Origin: an uncultured delta proteobacterium
GTDB taxonomy: Bacteria > Desulfobacterota > Binatia > Binatales > Binataceae
NCBI GenBank assembly: GCA_963842085.1
Contig: CAWJET010000001.1
Span: forward strand, 2,016,001 to 2,080,000
Direction: 5' to 3'
Length of the DNA stretch: 64,000 nt
This document shows, piece after piece, positions 8,476 through 18,427 of this stretch. Both the position numbers and the translations under genes were made by a program. Numbering within the stretch: position 1 is the first letter of the stretch; every line of letters starts with the position of its first letter. The notes under the pieces were generated by a model, which had not been told where the DNA came from, did no database searches, and was given only the letters and a program-made list of their open reading frames with translations.

Positions 8476-9459
8476 ATGCCCGGAAAAACTTCCCGCACGA
8501 TCCAGGTCGTCAGCCACGGCCCGTCATGCCTCGACGGCGTTATGGCGGCGGCGGCGGTGGCGCGCTTTTACGATGGTCATAAGGTCTTGACGACACTGGC
8601 CGGCAACAACGACGCCGACCGCGTGCTGCAGGCGCTCACGCTCAAGTCCGACGACGGCGGCAGCGAAAACGAAATCTGGATCACCGATTTGTCCTGGAAT
8701 TCACCCGCCACCGGCGCGCACCTGACGGAGTTGAGCGAGCGGGGCGCACGCATCTACTGGATCGATCATCATCGCACCGCAGTTTCCCGCGCCGACGCCC
8801 CGGAGTTCAAGGTGCCGTTCGCCGGCAAAGTTCTGAGCGAGCAATACTCGGCGGCGCGGTTGACGTTTAACTTTCTCAAGCGAATGGGGCGCGACCTTCC
8901 CGACCGCCAGCGCGCCGAGTTCGACGCCTTCCAGCCGTTCGTGATGATAGCCGACGATCACGATCGCTGGATTCACAGAATTGCAGAGTCGTCCGACTGG
9001 GCGCTCGCCGTGCAGACGCTCGGCGGCACGTCGTCGTATCGCGAAATCCTGAAACTGCGCGAGCCGCGGATGAGCCGCAAGCTGCGTGCGGCGTTCGAGT
9101 CGGGCCAGGATGCGATGCGCCGCAGCCTGGAACTGGCGCACGCGACTATGGTCGATCGCAAGCTCGACAACGGAATCACGGTGCGGACGGCGTGCTGCTT
9201 CGGCTACAGCAGCGAAGTTGCGGCGCACCTCTACAAGGGACAGACGCGGATGGTCGTCGCGCTGTTCGACTTGCGCAGCCAGGGCGTCAGCCTGCGGCGC
9301 AGCGCCGACTGCGAGGTGGATCTGTCGATCCTCGCGCAACATTACGGCGGCGGCGGTCATGCGGCAGCGTCCGGCTTCGCGATTGCCGATTTGCGCCGCC
9401 TGCCGGCCGAGCGGCTAGCGGAAATTCTGGGCGATCAGCTCGAAAAGCCGCCAGCCTGA
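8476..9459 (+). CDS. DHH/DHHA1 phosphoesterase (NrnB-like)
   Basis: CLDG, ITDL, IDHH, SLR and GGGGHAAASG motifs. Confidence 0.88.
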   Translation: MPGKTSRTIQVVSHGPSCLDGVMAAAAVARFYDGHKVLTTLAGNNDADRVLQALTLKSDDGGSENEIWITDLSWNSPATGAHLTELSERGARIYWIDHHRTAVSRADAPEFKVPFAGKVLSEQYSAARLTFNFLKRMGRDLPDRQRAEFDAFQPFVMIADDHDRWIHRIAESSDWALAVQTLGGTSSYREILKLREPRMSRKLRAAFESGQDAMRRSLELAHATMVDRKLDNGITVRTACCFGYSSEVAAHLYKGQTRMVVALFDLRSQGVSLRRSADCEVDLSILAQHYGGGGHAAASGFAIADLRRLPAERLAEILGDQLEKPPA

Positions 9460-9544
9460 GCCAACCCACAACGTCCGTCTGCCAGCGCCAGTCAGCATTT
9501 TGCGGGGCGGTACCATCCCTTGCGTCAAAGCTGGCAATTTGCCT

Positions 9545-9583
9545 AGACTGACCGTACGTTCATTTGACTGACTGTCCAGTTCA
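9545..9583 (+). promoter_or_regulatory. Probable TetR operator pair
   Basis: Imperfect tandem GACTGACCGTACGTTCA / GACTGACTGTCCAGTTCA immediately before the tetR ATG. Confidence 0.45.
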
Positions 9584-9585
9584 CT

Positions 9586-10191
9586 ATGACCAAAGAAGAA
9601 GTAATCAAGGAATACCGGGTGCGTGAAATCCTCGAAGCGGCACGCCGCGTGATGGCTCGATACGGTATGCAGGGCACCACGGTCGACCGCGTTGCCGAGG
9701 AAGCGAAGGTCGCCAAGGGCACTATCTACCTCTACTTTGACACCAAGGACGAGCTGGTCCACGCGGCGGTGCTCGAGGGTTTGCGCGAGATGGTGGCGGA
9801 TACGATCGCCTCGGACGACCCGTCGATGCCGCCGCTGGAGCGAATCCGCAACCTCATCCTGGCGCAGTTACGTATCCAGGCCTCGAACCAGGATTTTTTG
9901 AAGACGCTCATCATCGGCAACTCGCTCGATATCGAACTCGAATCGGAGGCCGGCCGCGAATACATGCGGGTCTACGCCGGGCACCTGGACTTCGTCGCGT
10001 CGGTGCTGCAGGACGCGATCGATCGGGGAGCGATTCGGCCGCTCGACCCGCAATTCGCGGCGTTCATGCTCGGCGAGATGCTGACCGGAACGCTGCGGCG
10101 ACGGCTACTCAAGCTGGCGTCGAGTCCGCTCGAATCCGATGCTGAAGCAGTGGTGGAACTTTTTCTCAAAGGAATTACGGCGATTCCATGA
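9586..10191 (+). CDS. TetR/AcrR transcriptional regulator
   Basis: VAEEAKVAKGTIYLYFDTKDEL helix-turn-helix. Confidence 0.93.
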   Translation: MTKEEVIKEYRVREILEAARRVMARYGMQGTTVDRVAEEAKVAKGTIYLYFDTKDELVHAAVLEGLREMVADTIASDDPSMPPLERIRNLILAQLRIQASNQDFLKTLIIGNSLDIELESEAGREYMRVYAGHLDFVASVLQDAIDRGAIRPLDPQFAAFMLGEMLTGTLRRRLLKLASSPLESDAEAVVELFLKGITAIP

Positions 10192-11288
10192 AGCCGTTTT
10201 TCAGGGTTCCGTCCCTCTTCCTGCTGGCTGCTGCGCTGGGCTCGCTGGCGTTGGCGGGATGCCATCAGCCGGCGGCGGCCGAAGTCGACAACAAGACGGG
10301 GCCGGCGCCGATTACGATCGCGGTTGCCGCGGCGCATCAACAGAGTCTCGATCGAACGGCCGAGGTGCAGGGCGCGCTCTTCCCGCGCGAGCATGCAGTG
10401 ATGTCGTCGGAAGTCGAGGGCACGGTGGCGGAGGTCGTCGCGGACTTCGGCGACAAGGTCACGGCCGGCCAGGTGATGTTGAAAATCAACCCGCGCGAAT
10501 ACCAGTTGCGGGTTGACACCGCGCAGGCGGCGCTCGACCAGGCGCGCGCCAAGCTGGCCAACTCGACGGCGCGCTACAATCGCGCCCGCACGCTAAAGGA
10601 AACCGGAACGATCTCGGCCGAGCAGTTCGATCAAATCGCGTCGCAGTTGCGCGTCGATCAGGCGGACACCGAATCGGCGCAAGAGGCGCTCGCGATGGCG
10701 CGCAAAAAACTTGGCGACACTCAAATCAAGGCGCCGTTCAGCGGATCGGTGCAAAAGCGGATGGTCTCGCTCGGCGAGTACGTCTCGCCCGGCAAAGAGA
10801 TTTATGAACTGATTGCGACTGACCCGATTAAGCTGCGGTGCCCGATGCCGGAGCGGTTCGTGCCGCTGGCGCGCGTCGGCATGCCGGTGAAGCTTGCGAT
10901 CGACGCGAATCCCAATGCGTCGTACACGGGGAAAATCACGCGCATCGCGCCGGCGCTCGATGAAAGCAGCCGCACGCTGCTGATAGAGGCCGAAGTCGCC
11001 AACCCCGACGGCGCGCTGAAGCCGGGATTCTTCGCCCACGTGGTCATGGATCTCGGGCACGACCGCGCGCTGTTCGTGCCGACCGCGGCGGTGCTGCGCT
11101 ACGCGGGCGTCGCGCGGGTGTTCGTCGTCGAGCAAGGGATAGTGCGCGCGCGCGAGGTGACGACGGGCAGCATCGTGGGTGACCAGACCGAAATCACCGG
11201 CGGGCTGAAGGAGGGCGAGCGCGTGGCAGTCAGCGCCGTCGATCGCCTGGCCGACGGCAGCGCGGTGATCGCGAAGGAGCAGTCGTGA
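10188..11288 (+). CDS. RND efflux periplasmic adaptor (MFP)
   Basis: Lipobox LAGC, IKAPFSG, LKPGFFA; coupled to the RND gene. Confidence 0.92.
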   Translation: MKPFFRVPSLFLLAAALGSLALAGCHQPAAAEVDNKTGPAPITIAVAAAHQQSLDRTAEVQGALFPREHAVMSSEVEGTVAEVVADFGDKVTAGQVMLKINPREYQLRVDTAQAALDQARAKLANSTARYNRARTLKETGTISAEQFDQIASQLRVDQADTESAQEALAMARKKLGDTQIKAPFSGSVQKRMVSLGEYVSPGKEIYELIATDPIKLRCPMPERFVPLARVGMPVKLAIDANPNASYTGKITRIAPALDESSRTLLIEAEVANPDGALKPGFFAHVVMDLGHDRALFVPTAAVLRYAGVARVFVVEQGIVRAREVTTGSIVGDQTEITGGLKEGERVAVSAVDRLADGSAVIAKEQS

Positions 11289-14200
11289 TTCTCGCCGACC
11301 TGTGCGTGCGCCGGCCGGTGTTCGCCACGATGTTCGTTGGCGTGCTGGTGGTGCTTGGCTGGTTTTCTTACATGCGGTTGGGGGTCGATCTGTTTCCGCG
11401 GGTCGATGTGCCGACCGTGATGGTCACGACGTTCCTGCCCGGCGCCGCGCCGGAGGAGACCGAGGCGCGCGTCACCAAGCCGATCGAGGAAGCGGTCAAC
11501 ACCGTCAGCGGCATCGACGAAATGCGCTCGAACACGCTCGAAGGCGTCTCCCGCGTGATCATCGAGTTCAAGCTCGAGCGCGACCTCGACGCCGCCGTGC
11601 AGGACGTGCGCGACAAGATTTCGACCGTGCTCGATCAACTGCCCGAAGGCACCAAGCCGCCGGAAGTGCAGAAGTTTGACCTCGACGCGGTGCCGGTCGT
11701 AACGATCACGGTCACCGGCTACCAGAGCCTGAAGGAGCTTACCGAGCTGGCGCGCCGGCGCCTCAAGGAACCGCTCGAATCGGTTGACGGCGTGGGTTCG
11801 ATCGATCTCGTCGGCGGACGCGAGCGCGAGATCCATGTCGCCGTCGACGCCGACAAGCTGCACGCAACGGGCGTGACGATTCAGCAGGTGGGGGCCGCGC
11901 TCTCGCGGCAAAACGTCGAGTACCCGGGCGGCCGCATGAAGCAGGGGATGTCGGAGGAGATGCTGCGCACGCTCGGCCGAATCACCGAGGTCCCCGATTT
12001 CGCCAGGATAATCGTCAGCGAAGTCGACGGCCGGCCGGTCACGGTCGGCGACGTCGCGTCGGTCGAGGATGCCGTCAAGGAGCCGCGCTCGCTGTCGCGC
12101 TGGGACAACAAGAACGCGGTATCGCTGGTGGTGCGCAAGCAGTCGGGCGAGAACACGATCGCGGTCGTCGATCGCGTCAGGGAGCGCTACGAGGCGATCA
12201 AGGGCACGCTGCCGCCCGGAGTGGAGGTGATCTTCACGCGCGACGCGTCCACGTTCATCCGCGAGGCGGTTCGCACCGTGCAGGAGCATCTCTGGCTTGG
12301 CGGGCTGTGCGCCGCGATCGTGGTGTTCTTTTTTCTCGGCTCGATTCGCTCGACGCTGATCGCCGCGGTCGCGATTCCGGTCTCGATCATCTCGACTTAC
12401 TCACTGATCCTGTGGATGGGTTTCACGCTGAATCGCATGACCCTGCTGGCGTTGACGCTCGCGGTCGGAATAGTAATCGACGACGCAATCGTGGTGCTCG
12501 AAAATATTTTCCGCTTCATCGAAGAAAAGAACATGGACCCGGTGTCCGCGGCGAAAGCGGCCACCGCCGAGGTCGGGCTGGCGGTCAGCGCGACCACGCT
12601 CTCGCTCGCGGTCATCTTCGTGCCGGTCGCGTTCATCCACGGCGTGATGGGCCGGTTCCTGAATTCGTTCGGCCTGACGATGGCGTTCGCGATCATGGTG
12701 TCGCTGCTGGTTTCGTTCACGCTGACCCCGATGCTGTGTTCGCGCTATCTGAAGCCCAAGGGCGCGGGCGGCGCGACCCACAACCGCAGCAAGGACTGGA
12801 AGGTTTTCCGGTGGATCGAGGACTGCTACGACCTGGCGCTGCGCTGGTCGCTGGACCATCGATGGGTGCTGGTGGCCGTGTCGCTCGCGCTGGTCATCTC
12901 GATTCCGTTCCTGGGCAAAATGGTCGGCGCGACTTTCATGCCCGACGACGATTCGAGCGAGTTCGCAGTCAACATCCGCACGCCGCCGGGATACTCGCTC
13001 GCGCATACCGACGAGATCGTCGCTCAGATCGAGGATCGCCTGCGCACCATCCCCGAAGTTCGCGATCTGTTCACCACCGTCGGCGACACCAACGGCGACG
13101 ATCGAGTGACGGTCGCTCAAGTCGACGCGAAGTTGTTCCCGCTCGATCAGCGCCGCCGCAGCCAGGAACTGGTGATGGCCGACGCGCGCAAGTTGATGGA
13201 CGCGTTTCCGGCGCTGCGCGTCAGCGTCGATGCGATCAAGCCGTGGGAACAGAGCGGCTATCGCGACGTCGCGGTCGAATACGACATGCGCGGTCCCGAC
13301 CTCGACACGCTCAGGACGTATGCGGACGGCCTGATGTTGCGGCTCCGAAAAATCCCGGGCATCGTCGATCTCGACTCGAGTTACGAGGGCGGGCTGCCGG
13401 AGCTTCAGGTCAATATCGATCGCGCCAAGTCGGCGGACCTGGGCGTGTCGGTGGACGATATCGCGCAGACGATGCGCACGATGGTGCAGGGCGACGTGGT
13501 CACGCGCTTTCGCGAAGGCCAGGATACCTACGACGTGCGCCTGCAGTTGGCGGAGAAGGATCGCGACAATCCGGTGGTGGTCGCAGGGCTGACGATTCCT
13601 TCAAGCAAGGTCGGGCAAGTGCGGCTGGATAACGTGGCGACGCTTACGCACGGGACCGGCCCGGTGCAGATCGACCGGCAGGACCGCCAGCGCAATATCT
13701 CGATCGTCTTCAACCTCGCGCCCGGATTCGCGATGAACAAGGTGATGGACGCGGTCACGCGCGAGGTCGACCAAATTCATCTGCCGCCGGGCTATATCAC
13801 GGCGTTCGGCGGCCAGAGCAAGATTTACGGCGAGATGGTCACCGGCTTCGTGATCGCCTTCCTGCTTTCGATCATCTTCATGTACATGGTGCTGGCGGCG
13901 CAGTTCGAGAGCTTCATCCATCCGATCACGATCATGTTGTCGCTGCCGCTGGCCGTCCCGTTCGCGCTGATCTCGCTGTTTGTGTTCCGCGAGCACCTGA
14001 TGCTGTTCTCGACGCTCGGCATCCTGCTGCTGTTCGGAATTGTGAAGAAGAACTCGATTCTGCAACTCGATCAAACGCTCAACCTGCTCCGTGCGGGGCT
14101 GCCACGACGCCAGGCAATCCTGACTGCGAATCGCGATCGGCTGCGGCCGATCCTGATGACCACGGCGGCGCTGGTCGCGGGCATGATTCCGGTCGCGATT

Positions 14201-14419
14201 GGGCAGGGCGCCGGTGACAGCTCGATTCGCGCAATCGCGCTGGTCGTGATCGGCGGTCAGACGCTGTGCCTGCTAATCACGCTGCTGATTACACCGGTCG
14301 CCTTCTCGCTGTTCGACGACCTGGAGAATTGGTTCCGCAGTTTCCGTAAGCCGCCGACGCGGCTCAAGCTGGTCGAGCCGCTGTACGACGACGAGTCCGA
14401 GCGCCACGCGATCGACTAG
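11285..14419 (+). CDS. RND efflux permease (AcrB/AcrD/AcrF family)
   Basis: RRPVFA, GIVIDDAIVVLEN, RLRPILMTT; 1044 aa. Confidence 0.95.
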   Translation: MILADLCVRRPVFATMFVGVLVVLGWFSYMRLGVDLFPRVDVPTVMVTTFLPGAAPEETEARVTKPIEEAVNTVSGIDEMRSNTLEGVSRVIIEFKLERDLDAAVQDVRDKISTVLDQLPEGTKPPEVQKFDLDAVPVVTITVTGYQSLKELTELARRRLKEPLESVDGVGSIDLVGGREREIHVAVDADKLHATGVTIQQVGAALSRQNVEYPGGRMKQGMSEEMLRTLGRITEVPDFARIIVSEVDGRPVTVGDVASVEDAVKEPRSLSRWDNKNAVSLVVRKQSGENTIAVVDRVRERYEAIKGTLPPGVEVIFTRDASTFIREAVRTVQEHLWLGGLCAAIVVFFFLGSIRSTLIAAVAIPVSIISTYSLILWMGFTLNRMTLLALTLAVGIVIDDAIVVLENIFRFIEEKNMDPVSAAKAATAEVGLAVSATTLSLAVIFVPVAFIHGVMGRFLNSFGLTMAFAIMVSLLVSFTLTPMLCSRYLKPKGAGGATHNRSKDWKVFRWIEDCYDLALRWSLDHRWVLVAVSLALVISIPFLGKMVGATFMPDDDSSEFAVNIRTPPGYSLAHTDEIVAQIEDRLRTIPEVRDLFTTVGDTNGDDRVTVAQVDAKLFPLDQRRRSQELVMADARKLMDAFPALRVSVDAIKPWEQSGYRDVAVEYDMRGPDLDTLRTYADGLMLRLRKIPGIVDLDSSYEGGLPELQVNIDRAKSADLGVSVDDIAQTMRTMVQGDVVTRFREGQDTYDVRLQLAEKDRDNPVVVAGLTIPSSKVGQVRLDNVATLTHGTGPVQIDRQDRQRNISIVFNLAPGFAMNKVMDAVTREVDQIHLPPGYITAFGGQSKIYGEMVTGFVIAFLLSIIFMYMVLAAQFESFIHPITIMLSLPLAVPFALISLFVFREHLMLFSTLGILLLFGIVKKNSILQLDQTLNLLRAGLPRRQAILTANRDRLRPILMTTAALVAGMIPVAIGQGAGDSSIRAIALVVIGGQTLCLLITLLITPVAFSLFDDLENWFRSFRKPPTRLKLVEPLYDDESERHAID

Positions 14420-14502
14420 CCACGCGCGCGCTTCCATCTTCAATCCCGTTGCCGCGTTCTGATACGCTCGCGCAATTGTTGAGCGCGGGAGACAAATCGA
14501 CA

Positions 14503-14862
14503 ATGGGCCAAATCTTGATCGTTCTGGCGCTGGGACTTGCCGCGGGCATTCTCGGCGGATTCGTCGGCGTCGGCGGCGGCGTCCTGATCGTTCCGGTGCT
14601 CGTGCTGGTGCTCGGTTTCGATCAGCATCTCGCGGTCGGCACGTCTTTGGGCGCGCTGCTGCCTCCGGTGGGAATTCTGGGTGCGTACGAGTACTACAAG
14701 CACGGCCACCTCAACGTCACCTACGCGCTGGTCATCGGACTGGGGCTGTTGCTCGGCGGTTATATCGGCTCAGTTTACGCAGTGAAGATGTCCGGCATCA
14801 CCCTTCGTCGCGTCTTCGCCGTCTTCCTGCTGATTATCGCGCTTCGGATGCTGTACAAATAG
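14503..14862 (+). CDS. TauE/SafE-family small membrane protein
   Basis: GFVGVGGGVLIVP...QHLAVGTSL. Confidence 0.85.
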   Translation: MGQILIVLALGLAAGILGGFVGVGGGVLIVPVLVLVLGFDQHLAVGTSLGALLPPVGILGAYEYYKHGHLNVTYALVIGLGLLLGGYIGSVYAVKMSGITLRRVFAVFLLIIALRMLYK

Positions 14863-14929
14863 TTCATCGCGTCATCGCGCTCGGCCTGATTTCCTTGCGA
14901 TCCCGGATTGCCCTTACTAAGTTCGCGCT

Positions 14930-15355
14930 ATGGACGCGGCGCTCGAACAAGCACTCAACCTTCTGCTCGAATCCGAGCGCGCTGGAGTGATTGCGCTCGA
15001 CAAGCTCATCGCGGACGTCAAGCAGGACGAGCTGAAGAAGTTCCTGTCCGGCTCGCGCGCCATGGAACAGCGCAACGCCGAGGAACTCGAGTCTCTGATT
15101 CGCGACAACGGCGGCAAACCGTCGAGTGGGGTCGGGCCGTTCGCCCGCAAGGTCGCCGCGCTCGATTCGATTCGCGACCGCCTGAACCTGATGTCGCGCG
15201 GGCAGGAATGGGCCGCGCGCAAAACCGAAGTCGCGCTCGCGCTCGCCCCCGAAAGCGGTCCCATTCACGACTACCTGAGGGCGATGGCCAACCGGCATCG
15301 CGCCGAAGTGGAATGGGGCCGTGCCGAAGCGATCCGCCTTATGTCAGCGAACTAG
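14930..15355 (+). CDS. Ferritin-like hypothetical (DUF6306-like)
   Basis: LNLLLESERAG...LNLMSRGQEWAAR...H; helical. Confidence 0.55.
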   Translation: MDAALEQALNLLLESERAGVIALDKLIADVKQDELKKFLSGSRAMEQRNAEELESLIRDNGGKPSSGVGPFARKVAALDSIRDRLNLMSRGQEWAARKTEVALALAPESGPIHDYLRAMANRHRAEVEWGRAEAIRLMSAN

Positions 15356-16064
15356 GACGCTTCGCAAGGAAGATTTCGCGCTTCCAGTCGTCGATCAACG
15401 TGCGCGGTTCGAAGCCCGCTTCGCGCAGCATGCGCATCCATTGGGCGCGCGGAAAAAGTCCTTCGACGTGGGAGTCGTGCACGACGCGCGTGTCGTCGCG
15501 ACGGTCGCGCAGCATGATCGCGAAGTCGGTTCGGTACGTCGTGTCGGTCGGATCGGGATCGACGGTCCACATCAGGTAGCGAAGGCTGCGCCCGTCGTCG
15601 CCGTCGTGTCCGCCATGCCTGGTTTCCGCAACGAAGGTTTCCCGCACGCAGTCCGGAACGAACAGCGCGACGCCGCCCGCGCGGCAGTGCCGGTACGCGG
15701 CGCGGATCGCGGCGTGCAGGTCATCCTCGCTCGTCATGTATGCAATCGCGTCATGGATAAAAACCGCATCGAGCGTGCGCCCGAGGTTCACCGTGCGCAT
15801 GTCGCCCTCGCGATGCTGGCACTCGGGATTGAGCGCGCGGCTGACGGCGAGCATCTGCGGCGACAGATCGACGAGTGTCATTTCGAATTTCGATTTGAGG
15901 TGAAACGCGTTGTTGCCGCCGCCCGATCCGAGCTCGAGCACCGTGCGCGGCGCGGGCTGGCACGCCTCGGTCAGCACGCGTGCGAAGAACGCCGCCTCCT
16001 CCGCATAGTCGGCGGGCGCGGAGAAGAGCGGCCACCACTCCGCCAGCTCGTCGTACAGCTTCAT
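15339..16064 (-). CDS. Class I SAM-dependent methyltransferase
   Basis: VLELGSGGG, VDLSPQML, GDMR. Confidence 0.9.
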   Translation of the reverse strand: MKLYDELAEWWPLFSAPADYAEEAAFFARVLTEACQPAPRTVLELGSGGGNNAFHLKSKFEMTLVDLSPQMLAVSRALNPECQHREGDMRTVNLGRTLDAVFIHDAIAYMTSEDDLHAAIRAAYRHCRAGGVALFVPDCVRETFVAETRHGGHDGDDGRSLRYLMWTVDPDPTDTTYRTDFAIMLRDRRDDTRVVHDSHVEGLFPRAQWMRMLREAGFEPRTLIDDWKREIFLAKRPSSLT

Positions 16065-16074
16065 CGCGCGCTGC

Positions 16075-16680
16075 TCACTTCCTGGGCGGCGGCGCAGGCA
16101 CTTCCGTCATGCGCGTGGTAGTATCCGCGTCATACTCGAGATGCAGCGCGCGGACGATCATGCCGTGCATCCGCCACAGCCCGATCACGTAAAACATCTC
16201 CATGATCTGCTCGTCGGTCAGATGACTTTTCAGCGCGGCGAAGGTTTCGTCTTCGACCAGGTTGCGCCCGACCAGCTCGTCAGTCGCCTGCATCACGGCG
16301 CGCTCGACGTCGGAGAACTTGCCGCTGGTCGCCCAGCCCTTGATCGCCGCCAGCTTGTCTTCGGCAACGCCCACCATTCGCGCGACCTTCAGATGCTGCG
16401 AGTACTCGAACCGCGACTCACCGACGATTCCGGTGCGGAGAATCGCGAGTTCGCGCAATTTCGCCGGCAGCTTCCGTCCTGGCTGCATCAACGCCATCAG
16501 CGAGTTGCGCGCCTGGAAGAGCAGGTCGGGAACCAGCGCGAACGTCGTCCAATAGTCACCGAGAGTACCGGTGGCGGTGCCTGGCTCGGCGACAGGATCG
16601 CGGTCGCCGAAGAATTGCTGGTAGAGTTCCCGAATTTCCGGCGTGGCTTCGGCCTTACTCACCTGGCGTAGTCGTCCCAT
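16075..16680 (-). CDS. Carboxymuconolactone decarboxylase/AhpD-family protein
   Basis: LRELAILRT...FEYSQH; AGGAG RBS. Confidence 0.82.
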   Translation of the reverse strand: MGRLRQVSKAEATPEIRELYQQFFGDRDPVAEPGTATGTLGDYWTTFALVPDLLFQARNSLMALMQPGRKLPAKLRELAILRTGIVGESRFEYSQHLKVARMVGVAEDKLAAIKGWATSGKFSDVERAVMQATDELVGRNLVEDETFAALKSHLTDEQIMEMFYVIGLWRMHGMIVRALHLEYDADTTTRMTEVPAPPPRK

Positions 16681-16785
16681 GATGTGCTCCTGGCGCTCGC
16701 GCGCGCGTTTCGACGACACCACTATCGCCGATGTGGCGTACTCTTGCGAGGTTGCGTGCGCGGCGCGATAATCCTCTGCTCCGGT

Positions 16786-16863
16786 GGACGCATAGCTCAG
16801 CCCGGTTAGAGCGCTTGCCTCACATGCAAGAGGTCCCTGGTTCGAGTCCAGGTGCGTCCACCA
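16786..16863 (+). tRNA. tRNA-Val(CAC)
   Basis: GGACGCA/TGCGTCC acceptor stem, anticodon arm CTTGC-CTCACAT-GCAAG, GGTTCGAGTCC T-arm, encoded CCA. Confidence 0.96.
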
Positions 16864-16875
16864 ATTAATTCAACT
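16819..16875 (+). repeat. att core, tRNA-side copy
   Basis: CTCACATGCAAG...CCACCAATTAATTCAACT, identical to 45088-45144. Confidence 0.95.
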
Positions 16876-18049
16876 AGTTAGGAAGATCTCGTTTTCCGAC
16901 CGCTGCAGATTGTGCCCAATTTTGTGCCCTGCTCGTTTGGTGGTCTTCCGCTCCAACGGCGGAAACCGCCTGATCGAGGGTCGCGATCGCGGCCTGTTTG
17001 GCGGAAATCCGAATGTGACTGTAACGTTCGAGCATCTTCCGGGAGACGTGCCCGGCTAGGGATCGAATCGTTTCTTCGCTGACGTTGGGGTTCTCAGCCA
17101 GGCGGGTGATGAACGTATGTCGGCAATCATGCCAGCGATATTGAACCTTGGCCCCCTTGCACGCGACCTTCCAAGCCTTTTTCCATTCACCGATTGGATG
17201 TGCGAGGTCGGCCCCATAGAACTTGGGGCGACGAGCGTTACCCTCTAAGCCGACCGAAAAGCGCGGAAATACATAACTGTCGGCTTCGGTTTCGAGAAAA
17301 CGCGACAACCACAGCGTCAGGACCGCACAGACTCTGGACGTGAGCGGTACGCTGCGTCCAGTGCCGGCTTCCGTCTTTGACTTGGGAACCGTGAGTGCGC
17401 CCTTCTCGATTACGCCGCTGCGCCACTCCAACATTAGATCGCGTCGGCGCAACGATCGTATCTCGGAAGCGCGCAGTCCACTGTCTAGGCTGACAATTAA
17501 CAAGGGGAGAAGGGCCGGCGAGCGGCTCTTCGCTGCTGCGTCTATGAGCTTCTTTTCATCTCCGCAACTAATCGCGCGCCCTACGTCGCGCCGCTCTCGA
17601 AGGCTCTTCACCTTGTCCGAAATGGCTCCCCACAGCCCGTGAGCCTTGAGGATTTGGCGCAATATGTTAATTTCGAAATTCACCGTACGCGCCGACTTCT
17701 GTTCCGCCAATCGCTTGCGTTGAAGAGCCGAGATGTCTTGGTCGTCGATGTCGCACACGAGCCGCTTTCCGAATTGTCCGGTGAGCGTCTCGACAAAATG
17801 CTCATATGCTTCGAGTGTATTTGCCGCGAGAGCCACTCGACTGGCCAACCATTCTTTCGCGGCAACCGAAAAGAGCGGCATCCGCTCGCGCTTTGGGATG
17901 CGATTAACCGCGAGCTCGATCTCGCGGCGACGAGCTCGTTCCGCTTCGCGGGCGACCGTCTTTGAGTTGGTCCTGGCCGATTCTCGAATGAGCTGCCCTT
18001 GGAACAGGAACTTGAACCAGTACGTCTCGCCCCGTTTGTAAACACTCAT
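16874..18049 (-). CDS. Tyrosine recombinase/integrase
   Basis: SGLRASE (R), KSKT (K), HDCRH (HxxR), LAGH, RYSH (Y). Confidence 0.95.
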   Translation of the reverse strand: MSVYKRGETYWFKFLFQGQLIRESARTNSKTVAREAERARRREIELAVNRIPKRERMPLFSVAAKEWLASRVALAANTLEAYEHFVETLTGQFGKRLVCDIDDQDISALQRKRLAEQKSARTVNFEINILRQILKAHGLWGAISDKVKSLRERRDVGRAISCGDEKKLIDAAAKSRSPALLPLLIVSLDSGLRASEIRSLRRRDLMLEWRSGVIEKGALTVPKSKTEAGTGRSVPLTSRVCAVLTLWLSRFLETEADSYVFPRFSVGLEGNARRPKFYGADLAHPIGEWKKAWKVACKGAKVQYRWHDCRHTFITRLAENPNVSEETIRSLAGHVSRKMLERYSHIRISAKQAAIATLDQAVSAVGAEDHQTSRAQNWAQSAAVGKRDLPN

Positions 18050-18072
18050 CGCGTTAGCTCCCTGCGCAATCT

Positions 18073-18321
18073 TCAGGCCGCGCGATCGCTCGCCTCGGCC
18101 AGGTAGCGACGAACTTCGGTATCCAGCACGACTACGCGCCGTCCGAGATGTGCCGCTTTGAGCCGTCCGCGCTTGACCTCCAGTCGGATGAACGGCACCG
18201 AGACGCTGAGGCTGCGGGCTAGCTCGTCCAGGGTCCAGCCGAGTTTGGGGGTACTCAGCCTCTCAGAATCTGCGCCTTGAGCTTGGGAACTGACTTGAAC
18301 TACTGACATGATAACAAACAC
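18073..18321 (-). CDS. Excisionase-like HTH protein
   Basis: WTLDELARSLSVS...GRLKAAHLGRRVVV; directly upstream of int. Confidence 0.8.
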   Translation of the reverse strand: MFVIMSVVQVSSQAQGADSERLSTPKLGWTLDELARSLSVSVPFIRLEVKRGRLKAAHLGRRVVVLDTEVRRYLAEASDRAA

Positions 18322-18366
18322 CTCGATCCATTGAGTGCGACGGTCATTTACCCATCGTCAAGCTGG

Positions 18367-18403
18367 ATCATAGACCAATTCTGATGGAATTGTCAAATTC
18401 CAT
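18367..18403 (-). promoter_or_regulatory. xis-int promoter with operator palindrome
   Basis: Minus-strand TTGACA (18396-18391), 18 bp spacer, TATGAT (18372-18367). ATGGAATT-N4-AATTCCAT palindrome at 18384-18403 overlaps the -35 box. Confidence 0.6.
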
Positions 18404-18427
18404 AATTCCGTTACGCATGGCCGGATT

